Assembly: GCA_033762255.1 (NCBI GenBank)
Contig: JANRLT010000072.1
Coordinates: 31,156 to 95,155 of the forward strand
Reading direction: 5' to 3'
DNA length: 64,000 nt
Source of the DNA: Pirellulales bacterium
Lineage (GTDB): Bacteria; Planctomycetota; Planctomycetia; Pirellulales; JALHPA01
Both the position numbers and the translations under genes were made by a program. Under the pieces are notes generated by a model. It made no database searches. It saw nothing but the letters and a program-made list of their open reading frames with translations, and had not been told where the DNA came from. Shown one piece after another: positions 18,339-27,721 of the stretch. The stretch's first letter is position 1. Every line of letters starts with the position of its first letter.

Positions 18339-20984
18339 TCACGCCAGGTTAATCAGCTTACGCACCAGCCATTCCACGATCAGCCAGCCGATGACCAGTC
18401 CAAACGACAGCCAGGTGCTTCCGAGGGGAAATATCCGCTCATTTTTGACAAGCTCGGTCGGGGCAGTGATGGCATCCGCCAATTCATTTGCCGTGGTCAG
18501 GTCGAACATCTTGCCGCCGCTGGCTAGCGTGATTTCTTGTTCCAGGGCCTTGTTTCGCACGGCGCTGCGCCGCTCCGCCGACAAGCTGGTTACCTGAAAG
18601 CGGACTTCGTTGTACTCGCGGGTGATCGGATCCAGCACGCGAACGCGGTGCTCTCCTCCATTCGCCACGGGAAAGCGGGCCTCAAACACCCCGTCCCGTA
18701 TCTGACTAATGCCTAGTGGCTGGTTGGTGGTTACGCCAGGAGTGCGGCTGGGGAGTAAAATTTCGCCCACGAGGCGTTTTTCCGCCAGTTTATCGCTGGC
18801 CAACGGTTCATAGTTGGCGTCGTAGGCCTCCACGGTGACGGTGACCTGCTCTTCCGCCTGATACGTGTCTCGGTCGGTCCGCACCACAAACCGCTTTTGC
18901 GAGCCGATGGCATGGCTCAAGCCCAGGCGATGAATCATCTGGCCCCAAAACTGCCGATAGTATGTCTCGCCAAATTTGCGCCGCAACCGCCAGGTCTCGT
19001 TAAAGCCGATGTAAATGACCTCCCCCTTGCCATAGGGACGCACGGCTATCAGCGGTTGCCGCGTTTTGCCATCGGCACAGAGGTCCGTCGGATGCTCCGC
19101 CAGCACAATCGCCTGCGGATGCGGCCGCAACACAGGCTGGTACCATGGCAGGCGTCCCAGGTTGGCCCAGGCTTTTTTATTCTCGGCCTCGGCGCTGCCC
19201 CCTAAGCGCATAAAATCAAACTGCAACGCCTGCGGCGTCAGTTGCAGGGTAAACTCGCGGTCGTCGCGCGGGCGGGACTGTTGCGGGTCGGGAATGACCG
19301 GCAGCATGTCCGCCAGCGGCGAATTCGCCAGTTGCCCCGGACCAAATCGCGGCCCGGCAATCACCACCAAGCCCCCCCCAAACTTGCTGACAAATTCCCG
19401 CGTCATTTCACAAAAGCGATCCGCCCCCTGCAGTCGCTGCGCCGGCATATCCCCCAAAAAAATCACGTCATTGGCAAAAAAGTCGCTCCGCTTGGGCGTG
19501 AGATTGGGCAAGAACAGCTCGTTGGTCTGACGGACCTTGGGATCGGCGGAATTCAAAAACGTGCGAAATCCGCGCAGGCCCACCAACTTGTCTCGGTGAA
19601 ACACTTCCTTGATAAATCGCCATTCCCACGACGGCTCGTGCTCCACATACATCAACCGCAAAAAGTCGTCCCGAATGTTGACCTCGCGCTGGGCGGTGTT
19701 ATTTTGCTTGACGATCTCGCCGGGGAGCGCCTCGAGCGTGGCGGTAAACTGGTAATGGCCGGTGTCATTGGGTTGAAATGAAAAACTTTCGCTTTGCAAG
19801 GCCCCCGCTAACGGAACTTCCCGCTGGCCAATGAGCAGTTCATCACCGCTGGTTGCCGGACGATCCGTCAGCGAACCAGCCGCGGCGTCCCCCGCGATCT
19901 TTTTGGCGGTCAGCTTGAGCGAGGCGGTCTGTTCATCCAAGCCGTTTTGACGAATGGTGACCGTCAGACTTTCGCTTTCCCCTTTTTTCATAACCAGGGG
20001 GGCCTGCAAATCCACGCTGACATCCACCGCCGATTCTGGCCCAATTCCAATGGTGTATATCGGCCGGCCCAGGCGACTGACGGGTGAGGACTGACTACCG
20101 ACGGGGGGAATGCCCGCGTTTTGGCCAAAATCACTCACGACCACCACGCCCGCCAGTTGCTGGCTGCTATGCCTCAGAACCAGATCCTCTAGCCCCTGGC
20201 CCAGCGCGGTGACTTCCCCCCGGTTGGTGAGTTGCGCGGCCAGCTTGGCGGGATCGACCGCGGCGGCGTTATTATAATTGACGCTGTCGGTACTGGTATC
20301 GAGCGGGCGGACTCCATCGCCCGCCTCGAGCACAAAGGCCCGCAAACGGAATTTTTCTTGCAGCTTGGACCAGACGTTTTTATCGGCGGGCAAACTGAGT
20401 TGCGCCTTGACATAATCCAGCCGCGTGGGGAGCGTGGTGTCCTCGGCGGGGGGAGATGTTGTTGAATTTGCGTCCGTGGCATTTTGGTTATCGGCGGTCA
20501 CGGGCGGATTTGTGTCAGACCCTTGTTTACTAGCGGAAGTTACCGGCGGACTTCCGTCCGTCGCACGCTTGTTCGTTGCCTGCCAACCGGTGGCCGCCGC
20601 CAGCTTTTCCCGGTCGACGTCGGAATAATCGTCCCGAATCGCCATGCTTTCCGTGCCGTCAAACAGCACCCATAACAGCGGTTGGGGGCGGTGGGTCATT
20701 TCTAGCCGAAGGACCGGTTCGGCCAAGAGCAAAATCAAAATGCACAACACAATCGCCCGGCCAATGGCCAAAAACCAGGGGAGCACGGTATGGCCGTGGG
20801 CCTTGGCCGTTTGCCAGCGCAGATAAAACGTAATGGCCAGGGCAATCGCGGCCAAGCAACCAAATAGCACCCACGTGGCCCCGGTGCCGCGCGCCCAGCC
20901 GGCGGCGAACGACGCACTGAGGTGGTCGATCGACTGGACTTGGTCCAGACCGAGCAGTTTTCCAAGGAGTTCCGTCCAGGACAT
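18339..20984 (-). CDS. Doubly membrane-anchored VWA-like / GATase1-like protein (Bat-operon type)
   Basis: N-terminal TM pair and C-terminal TM (WLSFGLVIGWLIVEWLV). A MIDAS-like LFDGTESM split from VVVVSDFGQN by a low-complexity insert. A C-terminal region typical of the class-I amidotransferase-like fold in Bat proteins. Confidence 0.65.
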   Translation of the reverse strand: MSWTELLGKLLGLDQVQSIDHLSASFAAGWARGTGATWVLFGCLAAIALAITFYLRWQTAKAHGHTVLPWFLAIGRAIVLCILILLLAEPVLRLEMTHRPQPLLWVLFDGTESMAIRDDYSDVDREKLAAATGWQATNKRATDGSPPVTSASKQGSDTNPPVTADNQNATDANSTTSPPAEDTTLPTRLDYVKAQLSLPADKNVWSKLQEKFRLRAFVLEAGDGVRPLDTSTDSVNYNNAAAVDPAKLAAQLTNRGEVTALGQGLEDLVLRHSSQQLAGVVVVSDFGQNAGIPPVGSQSSPVSRLGRPIYTIGIGPESAVDVSVDLQAPLVMKKGESESLTVTIRQNGLDEQTASLKLTAKKIAGDAAAGSLTDRPATSGDELLIGQREVPLAGALQSESFSFQPNDTGHYQFTATLEALPGEIVKQNNTAQREVNIRDDFLRLMYVEHEPSWEWRFIKEVFHRDKLVGLRGFRTFLNSADPKVRQTNELFLPNLTPKRSDFFANDVIFLGDMPAQRLQGADRFCEMTREFVSKFGGGLVVIAGPRFGPGQLANSPLADMLPVIPDPQQSRPRDDREFTLQLTPQALQFDFMRLGGSAEAENKKAWANLGRLPWYQPVLRPHPQAIVLAEHPTDLCADGKTRQPLIAVRPYGKGEVIYIGFNETWRLRRKFGETYYRQFWGQMIHRLGLSHAIGSQKRFVVRTDRDTYQAEEQVTVTVEAYDANYEPLASDKLAEKRLVGEILLPSRTPGVTTNQPLGISQIRDGVFEARFPVANGGEHRVRVLDPITREYNEVRFQVTSLSAERRSAVRNKALEQEITLASGGKMFDLTTANELADAITAPTELVKNERIFPLGSTWLSFGLVIGWLIVEWLVRKLINLA

Positions 20985-21048
20985 GGGTTAACAATAAAAG
21001 TCAAAAGGAGTCGGCCAAATGAACAACATTTCTACGTCAACAACCGTC

Positions 21049-23760
21049 TTATGTCTTGCGGGTCAAGAGCGGCCAAGCCAAAAGCAGCATTTCCCCCAGC
21101 AAAAACAGCAGCACCGTCAGAGTGAGCCACCACCACAAACTTTGCCCCCAAACAAGCGCGCCGGACAAACTGACCGGCGTCCCCCGTTCCAGCCATTGAA
21201 TGGCGACGGGAGGCTGGGCGGTAGCCGGACTTCCCGCTGAAGCCGCGCTGGTATCCTGTGCAGCCGGGTTATTAGCCTGCTCGATCCAATTATCAAAGCC
21301 GGCGCGTCCCAGATAACCAAGCGCGGATTCGTCGCTGGGGCCATTAACGGCAAACGGGATGCTGGTGGCGGGGGCATCAACCGCGGAATCAGGGGGCATC
21401 CCCCCGCCCGCGCCCCGTTGGGCGCGGACCGTATAAATGCCCCGGTTTGTGACATTGCGCACGATGACGCCGTACTCGTCAGGGCCAAAGGCCTCGATCG
21501 AAAGGGGCTCGGCCCGCGCGGCGTCATCGGCGGAGGAGCCGGGACGGAGGACCGAATACCGCATCAGGTTATCCTGCACCGGTACGCGAATACGTTCGAT
21601 CTGGCTGAGGTTTTGCCGCGGCAGCGTGCCGTCGATTTTATCGCGCAGCATTCGGTCAAACACCACAAACACATCCGACAAGGCGAGCATGCTCCAGCGG
21701 GAAGAAAGCCCCGTACTAACAAAGGTGACCGTCCCCGCGCCGATGTTGCGTTCGACAATGAGGGGCAGGCCATTGGACAAGGTGGCTAAAGCGCGGGGAG
21801 CCTCGGCTGCCACGATTTTTTCCGGCGCGACAAGTTGCGCCGGGGTCAGCGCGGGGCGTTGCAGCCACGTTAGCCATCGCGGCTCGAGTATGGCGCGGCG
21901 GCGGCGGCCCGCTTCGCGCTCGGTCACTTCCGTGGCAGAGAGCGGGCCTTGCTTTTCCTTGGCCGATAATTTTGCTTCATTTTCCAAGATTTTTTGCAGT
22001 TCCTCTTGTTCGGAGGTGACTCGCTGAAGCTCTGACTTTTGCAGTTGTGCCAGGGTTTCGGTATCGAGCGCGGCCTCGGCCAGGCGAAACATCACCGGAC
22101 TAACGCCGCTCATGCCGGGACTGGTAAAAAACCGCCGTTGATCGGCCTTGCTCATGTCGGGAAACTGAAAATAGGCATGCGCCAGCGAGTCGGGATTGAT
22201 AGTAAACAGGTCGCGCGCGGAACTGATCTCTTCCGCGGGTTTGCCCACAAACTGGGGCTTGAGTGGCGCGGGCAAAATCCCCGCTCCTTCCAGCCACGCG
22301 GTTTCTTGCCACTGGACCGGATCAAAGTTTCCCCCCGCAACAATCACCAGCGGCCCTCCTTGCCGCACATATTCCCGTAAGAGCGGCACCGTGTCTCCCG
22401 GACTGGCAATCCCCGCCAACACCACCAAGCGGGCGGTTTGGAGCAGTTCTTGCGTCAATTCATCCGGGGAGAGATGCACCACCTTGATGAGTTGCGGCGA
22501 CATGTCATTGGCGGAAAGCTTGGGTGCCAAGAGTCGCCGCAGGGGGTAGGTCTCGCCAAAGCGCTGCGCCCGGGGATCTTCATTACGACTGCCATATTGA
22601 TCGATAAACAGCACGGGCAATTCCGAAACCACGGGAATAATCACATACCGTTGATCATCGGCGGCCAGGGCATCGGGGGTCAGAGCCACGCTGGCCCGCA
22701 CATAGTCAATCTGCCCCGGCAGGCGGTCGGCGGCCTCAAATCGATAGCGGAACGCGACTTCCAATTCTTGTCCCGGATTAAGGTCTACCTTTTTGCTGTC
22801 GCGTACTTCGCCATCAATTGTTAATGAGACTTGCACATCGCCGCGCGGTTCTGGTCCATCATGCCGAATCCTAGCTAGAATGGTCGTCGGCGTCTGCACA
22901 TCCGCAATGCCGTCCAGTACCTGCACATCCGCCACCCAGGTGTTGCTGGCTTGGCGCGGGGCGACATCCAGCACCACCATGCGTGGTTGCTGGCCGAGAG
23001 CGTCGGTGCCATTGGCGACATTGCCACTGGCGGTACTGCCGCTCAGTTGTGCGCCGTTGGAATTTGCCACACTCGCGGCTGATTCACCACCGCTCCCCAG
23101 CCATTCGCCCGCCAAACCCGCACTAGGCCAATTGCGCGCTTGATTATCGCTGACCAGCGCGATCAGCCGCGCGCTGGGGGGAAACTCCGACCCGCTAAAC
23201 GTCGCCTGGGCCAGATCAACCGCCTGCGAGAGGCGTCCCGCGCGGTCGACCACTTCGATCCGATCAATCGCCTCCACCGCATCGGCGGCGTTGCGATAAG
23301 AGTCCCGCGTCGCCCCCGTGGCCGACCCACACAACGGAATCACCGCCACCACACTCTTTTCCGGCAAGGTTTCGATAAATTCCTTGGCTCGGGCCTTGGC
23401 TTCCTCCAGTACGCTTTTGCCCAAAGACTGTTGGTAACCCATGCTCAGGCTATTATCGATGACCAGGGCGACGTGCAGCGGTTGATTAGGAGCCAGGGAA
23501 GTGGCGGACTGTTGAAAGAAAGGCCGCGCCAGCGCCAGCCCAAACAGAGCCAGGGCCGCGCTGCGCAGGATCAGCAACAGAATATCGCGCAGGTGCAAAA
23601 TCTTGCGGTTCCGCTGCAGGGCCTCGCGCAGAAAATCCATCGCCGCCCAATTGACCACCTTGAACCGGCGGCGATTGAGCAGGTGAATAATGACCGGTGC
23701 GGTGGCGGCAATCAGCCCCCCCAAGGCAAACCACGCGTATCCTGGCAAAAAACTTAGCAT
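21049..23760 (-). CDS. BatA-like protein: aerotolerance-regulator N-terminal double-TM domain plus VWA domain
   Basis: N-terminus FALGGLIAATAPVIIHLLNRRRFKVVNWAAMDFL (BatA_N type). MIDAS VALVIDNSLSMGY. C-terminal TM helix. Confidence 0.8.
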   Translation of the reverse strand: MLSFLPGYAWFALGGLIAATAPVIIHLLNRRRFKVVNWAAMDFLREALQRNRKILHLRDILLLILRSAALALFGLALARPFFQQSATSLAPNQPLHVALVIDNSLSMGYQQSLGKSVLEEAKARAKEFIETLPEKSVVAVIPLCGSATGATRDSYRNAADAVEAIDRIEVVDRAGRLSQAVDLAQATFSGSEFPPSARLIALVSDNQARNWPSAGLAGEWLGSGGESAASVANSNGAQLSGSTASGNVANGTDALGQQPRMVVLDVAPRQASNTWVADVQVLDGIADVQTPTTILARIRHDGPEPRGDVQVSLTIDGEVRDSKKVDLNPGQELEVAFRYRFEAADRLPGQIDYVRASVALTPDALAADDQRYVIIPVVSELPVLFIDQYGSRNEDPRAQRFGETYPLRRLLAPKLSANDMSPQLIKVVHLSPDELTQELLQTARLVVLAGIASPGDTVPLLREYVRQGGPLVIVAGGNFDPVQWQETAWLEGAGILPAPLKPQFVGKPAEEISSARDLFTINPDSLAHAYFQFPDMSKADQRRFFTSPGMSGVSPVMFRLAEAALDTETLAQLQKSELQRVTSEQEELQKILENEAKLSAKEKQGPLSATEVTEREAGRRRRAILEPRWLTWLQRPALTPAQLVAPEKIVAAEAPRALATLSNGLPLIVERNIGAGTVTFVSTGLSSRWSMLALSDVFVVFDRMLRDKIDGTLPRQNLSQIERIRVPVQDNLMRYSVLRPGSSADDAARAEPLSIEAFGPDEYGVIVRNVTNRGIYTVRAQRGAGGGMPPDSAVDAPATSIPFAVNGPSDESALGYLGRAGFDNWIEQANNPAAQDTSAASAGSPATAQPPVAIQWLERGTPVSLSGALVWGQSLWWWLTLTVLLFLLGEMLLLAWPLLTRKT

Positions 23761-23864
23761 GGAGGATGAGGAGGGGAGGCTGGAGAAGTGGAGTTTGGAG
23801 GAGTGGAGAAATGGTTTTTGGTATTTGGAGTATGGTTTTTGGTAGGGGAACTTCCAACATTATG

Positions 23865-23958
23865 CGGGCCAAAGGCCCGACCTATTCCAGCCTAGGGCAA
23901 GCGCAGCGTCGCCCTGGGTTAAAGGAAAACAAAACGGAAGGGCCAACGGCCCGATTCA
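23865..23958 (+). repeat. Interspersed structured repeat family A, copy 2
   Basis: gggccaaaggcccgacctattccagcctagggcaagcgcagcgtcgccctgggt ... gggccaacggcccgattca. Confidence 0.75.
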
Positions 23959-24107
23959 TCCAGTTCGACCAACAAATTCAATTAACAGTTCCCTGGTTTT
24001 GGGGCTGAAGCCCGAACTAAAATACCCCTGCATCCTCGTTGACTCTGCGGCTTACTGAAATTTGGTATTTAGTGCTTGGCATTTGGTTTATTTTTCTCAA
24101 ATGTATT

Positions 24108-24245
24108 AATTTGTAATTCGTAATGGCCTTGTTGAATATTACCACTAATTGTGCTTGCACACACCAAAAATTGCCACGCTAGCACAAGATGTAGTATGAA
24201 AAATCGAATTAGTCAACAAGGCCATTCGTAATTCGAAATTTGTAG
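24108..24245. repeat. AT-rich long imperfect palindrome
   Basis: Perfect 14-bp inverted repeat aatggccttgttga (24122-24135) / tcaacaaggccatt (24213-24226). Inner 7-bp pair ttgtgct (24149-24155) / agcacaa (24181-24187). Outer imperfect extension. Confidence 0.6.
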
Positions 24246-24251
24246 TTAACT

Positions 24252-25478
24252 TCAATTTCCCTTTTGAAACTGACTGATTTTGCCATCTTGCAAGATGGGC
24301 AAGTACCGGTTGGGAATGGCCAAGATAAAACACGCCACGCTGGTCCCGTACAGTTCACCGGGCTTGCCACCAATGCGGGATTCTCCCTGCCGGCCACGAT
24401 CCTGCCATTTGCCATCGTCATCTCGCCCCGGCTCATGCACTTGGGCGGCGACCAATTGATCCCGCAAGATCGGATACCCCTCGCGCCAATGTTGCCCCCC
24501 GACCTGATACAGAGCCTGGCCCACGTAATACAGCGTGTAAGAGTCAAACGGCATGACGCCATCGCGACTTTCGGGGCGGTTGGAACGTTTGATCGCGGAG
24601 TTGACAAATTCCATGCTCTTAAAAATGCGCCAATCGTCATATTGGCCAAATTCTTGGAGGCAAACCACGCCGCAGGCCGCCATTGCGATTGTCCCCTGCC
24701 CACCCTGATTGTAAGTAAACTGCCCCGGCAAGGTCCGTTCTTCGTTTTCGTTACCCTGGCGGTTCTGAGGGGTATAATGCGCGCGGACGCAGGAAATCGC
24801 CTGCCGCACGGTGTCGGGCGAGACCTCAAACCCACTGTCCATCGCGCTCCGCAGCGCCTTGGCCTGCATCACCACCAAACTTAGGTCATGCCCCCGGTCC
24901 TGACGCTTGGCAATGTAGTCCCATCCCCCGTCGCCACACTGGGTATTGGCAATCAGCCGCAACGCCCGCTCCAGCACGGGACCAATCCGCTGATCGTTGG
25001 AGATGCCATACGCCTGGCCCAACACAAAGCACGCCAATCCATGGTTATACATGTCGCGCTGGGGGTTGCTGGCGTTGAGCAGGCCGGAAGGCTTGGCATG
25101 TTTGATGACATAATTGAGTGCTCGTTCGACGTTGGGGCCGTACTTTCCGCGGCCCGGGGCGTGCCCCGCCGCCATAAAGGCCAATGCCCCCATACTGACC
25201 AGGCCGACATCGTTGGATTCCCAGTTCCCCTCCGCCCCTTGATTGCGCGCCAGCCACGCCAGCCCCCGCTCAAGAGCGGCCTCGCTGTCGGGTGTGATTT
25301 CCCATTCCCCCCCTACAAAGGGGGTACCGGAAAATGCGCCGCCGACATTCGCGTCCTGGCCATAGGCCAATTCAGGCAAAGAGACCGCCACAATAAATAA
25401 AAAACCAAGCTGAATCGTTAGACAAATGAACTGGAAAAAACCCGCAAATCTGCGCGGCACATGCAATTGAAGGGGCAT
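24252..25478 (-). CDS. Prenyltransferase/squalene-oxidase-repeat (terpenoid cyclase-fold) secreted protein
   Basis: QCGDGGWDY, EGNWES and hydrophobic/aromatic repeat pattern. N-terminal hydrophobic signal anchor. Start set to the ATG at 25478. Confidence 0.65.
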   Translation of the reverse strand: MPLQLHVPRRFAGFFQFICLTIQLGFLFIVAVSLPELAYGQDANVGGAFSGTPFVGGEWEITPDSEAALERGLAWLARNQGAEGNWESNDVGLVSMGALAFMAAGHAPGRGKYGPNVERALNYVIKHAKPSGLLNASNPQRDMYNHGLACFVLGQAYGISNDQRIGPVLERALRLIANTQCGDGGWDYIAKRQDRGHDLSLVVMQAKALRSAMDSGFEVSPDTVRQAISCVRAHYTPQNRQGNENEERTLPGQFTYNQGGQGTIAMAACGVVCLQEFGQYDDWRIFKSMEFVNSAIKRSNRPESRDGVMPFDSYTLYYVGQALYQVGGQHWREGYPILRDQLVAAQVHEPGRDDDGKWQDRGRQGESRIGGKPGELYGTSVACFILAIPNRYLPILQDGKISQFQKGN

Positions 25479-25765
25479 ATGAAATTTAGGGAGCACTTGA
25501 AATGTAGGGAGCATAACCAAAGTATTTAGCAAAGGTACTGGCATAAAATCAAGCGCGGATTAGCACGGTGTTTTTACAAAAGGGAAAAAAATACAGCGTA
25601 GGCGTGGATTGCCACAGAAACGGGGCTGTGCGCCCGTATGCTAACAACACCTAATAATCCCGCCCGACTGCGGCATGTCAATCATTTATGACTTGATCGA
25701 TCATCAGGTTACATAAGGGAGGGAAATTTCCCCGCCGTTAGCAGAGACTAAAATTTTATTTTGGT

Positions 25766-27268
25766 TCAGATTGTGGAAATTTCAAGATTATCCCCGCCGT
25801 AACCCGCCAAATGCGGCATTTCCTTGAGCGAATTTCGCAGCCAAGCATTGGCAAATTGGCCCGGGGGATCGTATTTTTTGGCGATTGCCACAAATTCCGA
25901 CCAACGAGGATAAAGCTGGCTCAGCGTGACCGCGGGAAGGGGACAGTATTTCCCCCAGTGCGGTCGCCCCGCGTATAACTCGTACAGGGCTGTGGCCCAG
26001 ATTCTGGCAAATTCAAAGTACCCTGCCCGTCGCTCCGGCAATTCATAGCTAATTAAACTGATCGCGTAATACGGTTCGGTACCGGCGGCCATCGAGATCA
26101 GCGTGTCATCCGGCAACACTTTGCGAACGCAAATCACATAATGCTGAAAATACGTCCCCGCCGCTGCTTCAACTTCGCTTGTCATGACGTCGCAGACGGG
26201 ATTTTCGGACCAACATGCCGGGGCGCTGGCTTGCTCACCACTGAATCGCTTTAGCAACCAGATCGTGACATCCAGCGCGGCGCGCAGATCCCCGCGAGTG
26301 ACAAAAATCTCGGTCTCGATATGGCGGTACAGTTCGTGTTCCATGATCAACTGCCGATCGGCCCGATCCACCACGCGCCAGTTTTGCGGCAGCAAGCAAG
26401 GCATCACCGCGCGAAAAAACCAATAATTGCAAAACTGCGGCAAATAGCGCCGCCCGCAAGCCATGAGCATCCAATGAAAGATTCGGTCCATTCCCACCGA
26501 CCAAAACAGCCGATACAGCGGCGCGGACCAGGAGCGCGGCAACGTCGATTCCCGTCGTTGCTGGGCAAAAAAATCCCAGCGATACGGAACCATGTAAAAT
26601 TGTTGCAGCGGATACTCCGCTTCCTGGGCGAGAACCTGCTCCAGATCGGTATAGCGGTAAAAGAACTCTTCGACCTGGAATTGGCGGCGGATGGGAAGTT
26701 TGATCGCGACAATCACCCCCAAGAGGCCCAAAGCGCAGCGCGCGGCCCGTAATTCGCGCGGGTCCGACACCGTGCGAATGACCGGTTGGCCGGTTATGGC
26801 GTCAAACCCGGCGATCCGCACTTCCAGGGCATAATGCGACAGACTATGCCGCCCCGAACCATGCGTACCGGTGGACATGGCTCCCGCCAGGGCTTGCTCG
26901 GTGATAAGGCCCAGGGCGGGGAGCATCCAATCTCCCGCCGCCGCCAGCTTTTCCAGGATGTGTTTTATCTGGCAGCCAGCTCCCACCCAGGCCGTCGGCT
27001 GGGTCACACTGTCATTCCGGGTCATACTGTCATTCTGGGTCACACTGGCTTCTACTGTTACCTGATCCAAGTGCCGCAAATCCAGCAAGACCTCGCTGGA
27101 TTCGATAAGGGGACTCCACGCATGAGTCCGTCCCACCACGCGAAAGCGGGATTGGGCGTGGCGGGCCATGATTTCCAGCAACTCCGCCTCGGACCGGGGG
27201 GCATACACACTTTGGGGTGTAAAGCTGACATTCGCGCCAAAATTGGTGACCCTAGCGGTAGTGGTCAT
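25766..27268 (-). CDS. FAD-linked oxidase of the D-arabinono-1,4-lactone / L-gulonolactone oxidase family
   Basis: N-terminal PCMH-type FAD-binding region (MSTGTHGSG) and C-terminal GRPHWGK motif typical of the ALO domain. Confidence 0.78.
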   Translation of the reverse strand: MTTTARVTNFGANVSFTPQSVYAPRSEAELLEIMARHAQSRFRVVGRTHAWSPLIESSEVLLDLRHLDQVTVEASVTQNDSMTRNDSVTQPTAWVGAGCQIKHILEKLAAAGDWMLPALGLITEQALAGAMSTGTHGSGRHSLSHYALEVRIAGFDAITGQPVIRTVSDPRELRAARCALGLLGVIVAIKLPIRRQFQVEEFFYRYTDLEQVLAQEAEYPLQQFYMVPYRWDFFAQQRRESTLPRSWSAPLYRLFWSVGMDRIFHWMLMACGRRYLPQFCNYWFFRAVMPCLLPQNWRVVDRADRQLIMEHELYRHIETEIFVTRGDLRAALDVTIWLLKRFSGEQASAPACWSENPVCDVMTSEVEAAAGTYFQHYVICVRKVLPDDTLISMAAGTEPYYAISLISYELPERRAGYFEFARIWATALYELYAGRPHWGKYCPLPAVTLSQLYPRWSEFVAIAKKYDPPGQFANAWLRNSLKEMPHLAGYGGDNLEISTI

Positions 27269-27377
27269 ATCGTCCCTCTGTGATCAACTGGGTTGGTTAG
27301 TGAGAAAGAATATAAACAGGCCAAAGATACCTCACTTGCCTCGATAGTTATAACGCGAATTTTCACCTTTGGCGAAT

Positions 27378-27413
27378 AAAAAAAGCCACTCGCGGCATTA
27401 CCCGCGAATGGCT
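27378..27413 (-). terminator. Rho-independent terminator (minus strand)
   Basis: Stem agccactcgcgg (27384-27395) / ccgcgaatggct (27402-27413), 11 of 12 bp. Followed on the minus strand by U7 (plus a-run 27378-27384). About 310 nt downstream of the 27722 stop. Confidence 0.65.
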
Positions 27414-27673
27414 TGATTGGTTTAAAATGCACAATTCCGCGCTACTTACCCCGGGGTTAAAAGGTGGGACTGTGCCGACGGTCGCCTTGCAAAATCGCCG
27501 AATTCTTAGTGGCTTGTCACCACCCTACGGCACCTGTTTTCTGCTCATTCAAGTTTCACGGCAGCGCTCCACTCTGCGTCGCGGCTACCTTCGCGAACCC
27601 GCGTCCAGCAGACCGTCTCCCGCAAACCGCCGATACCATCGGCGGCTTTGTCAGATACGGGCTAAAGCCTTCG

Positions 27674-27721
27674 TCCCTGTTCCCCATCCCCCGTTCCCTC
27701 GACCCTAACCCCTCACCCCGC
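27674..27721 (-). repeat. G-rich (G4-type) element directly after the stop of the 27722-28573 gene
   Basis: Plus strand tccctgttccccatcccccgttccctcgaccctaacccctcaccccgc, which is G-rich in the mRNA sense. It abuts the TAA at 27722-27724. Confidence 0.65.
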
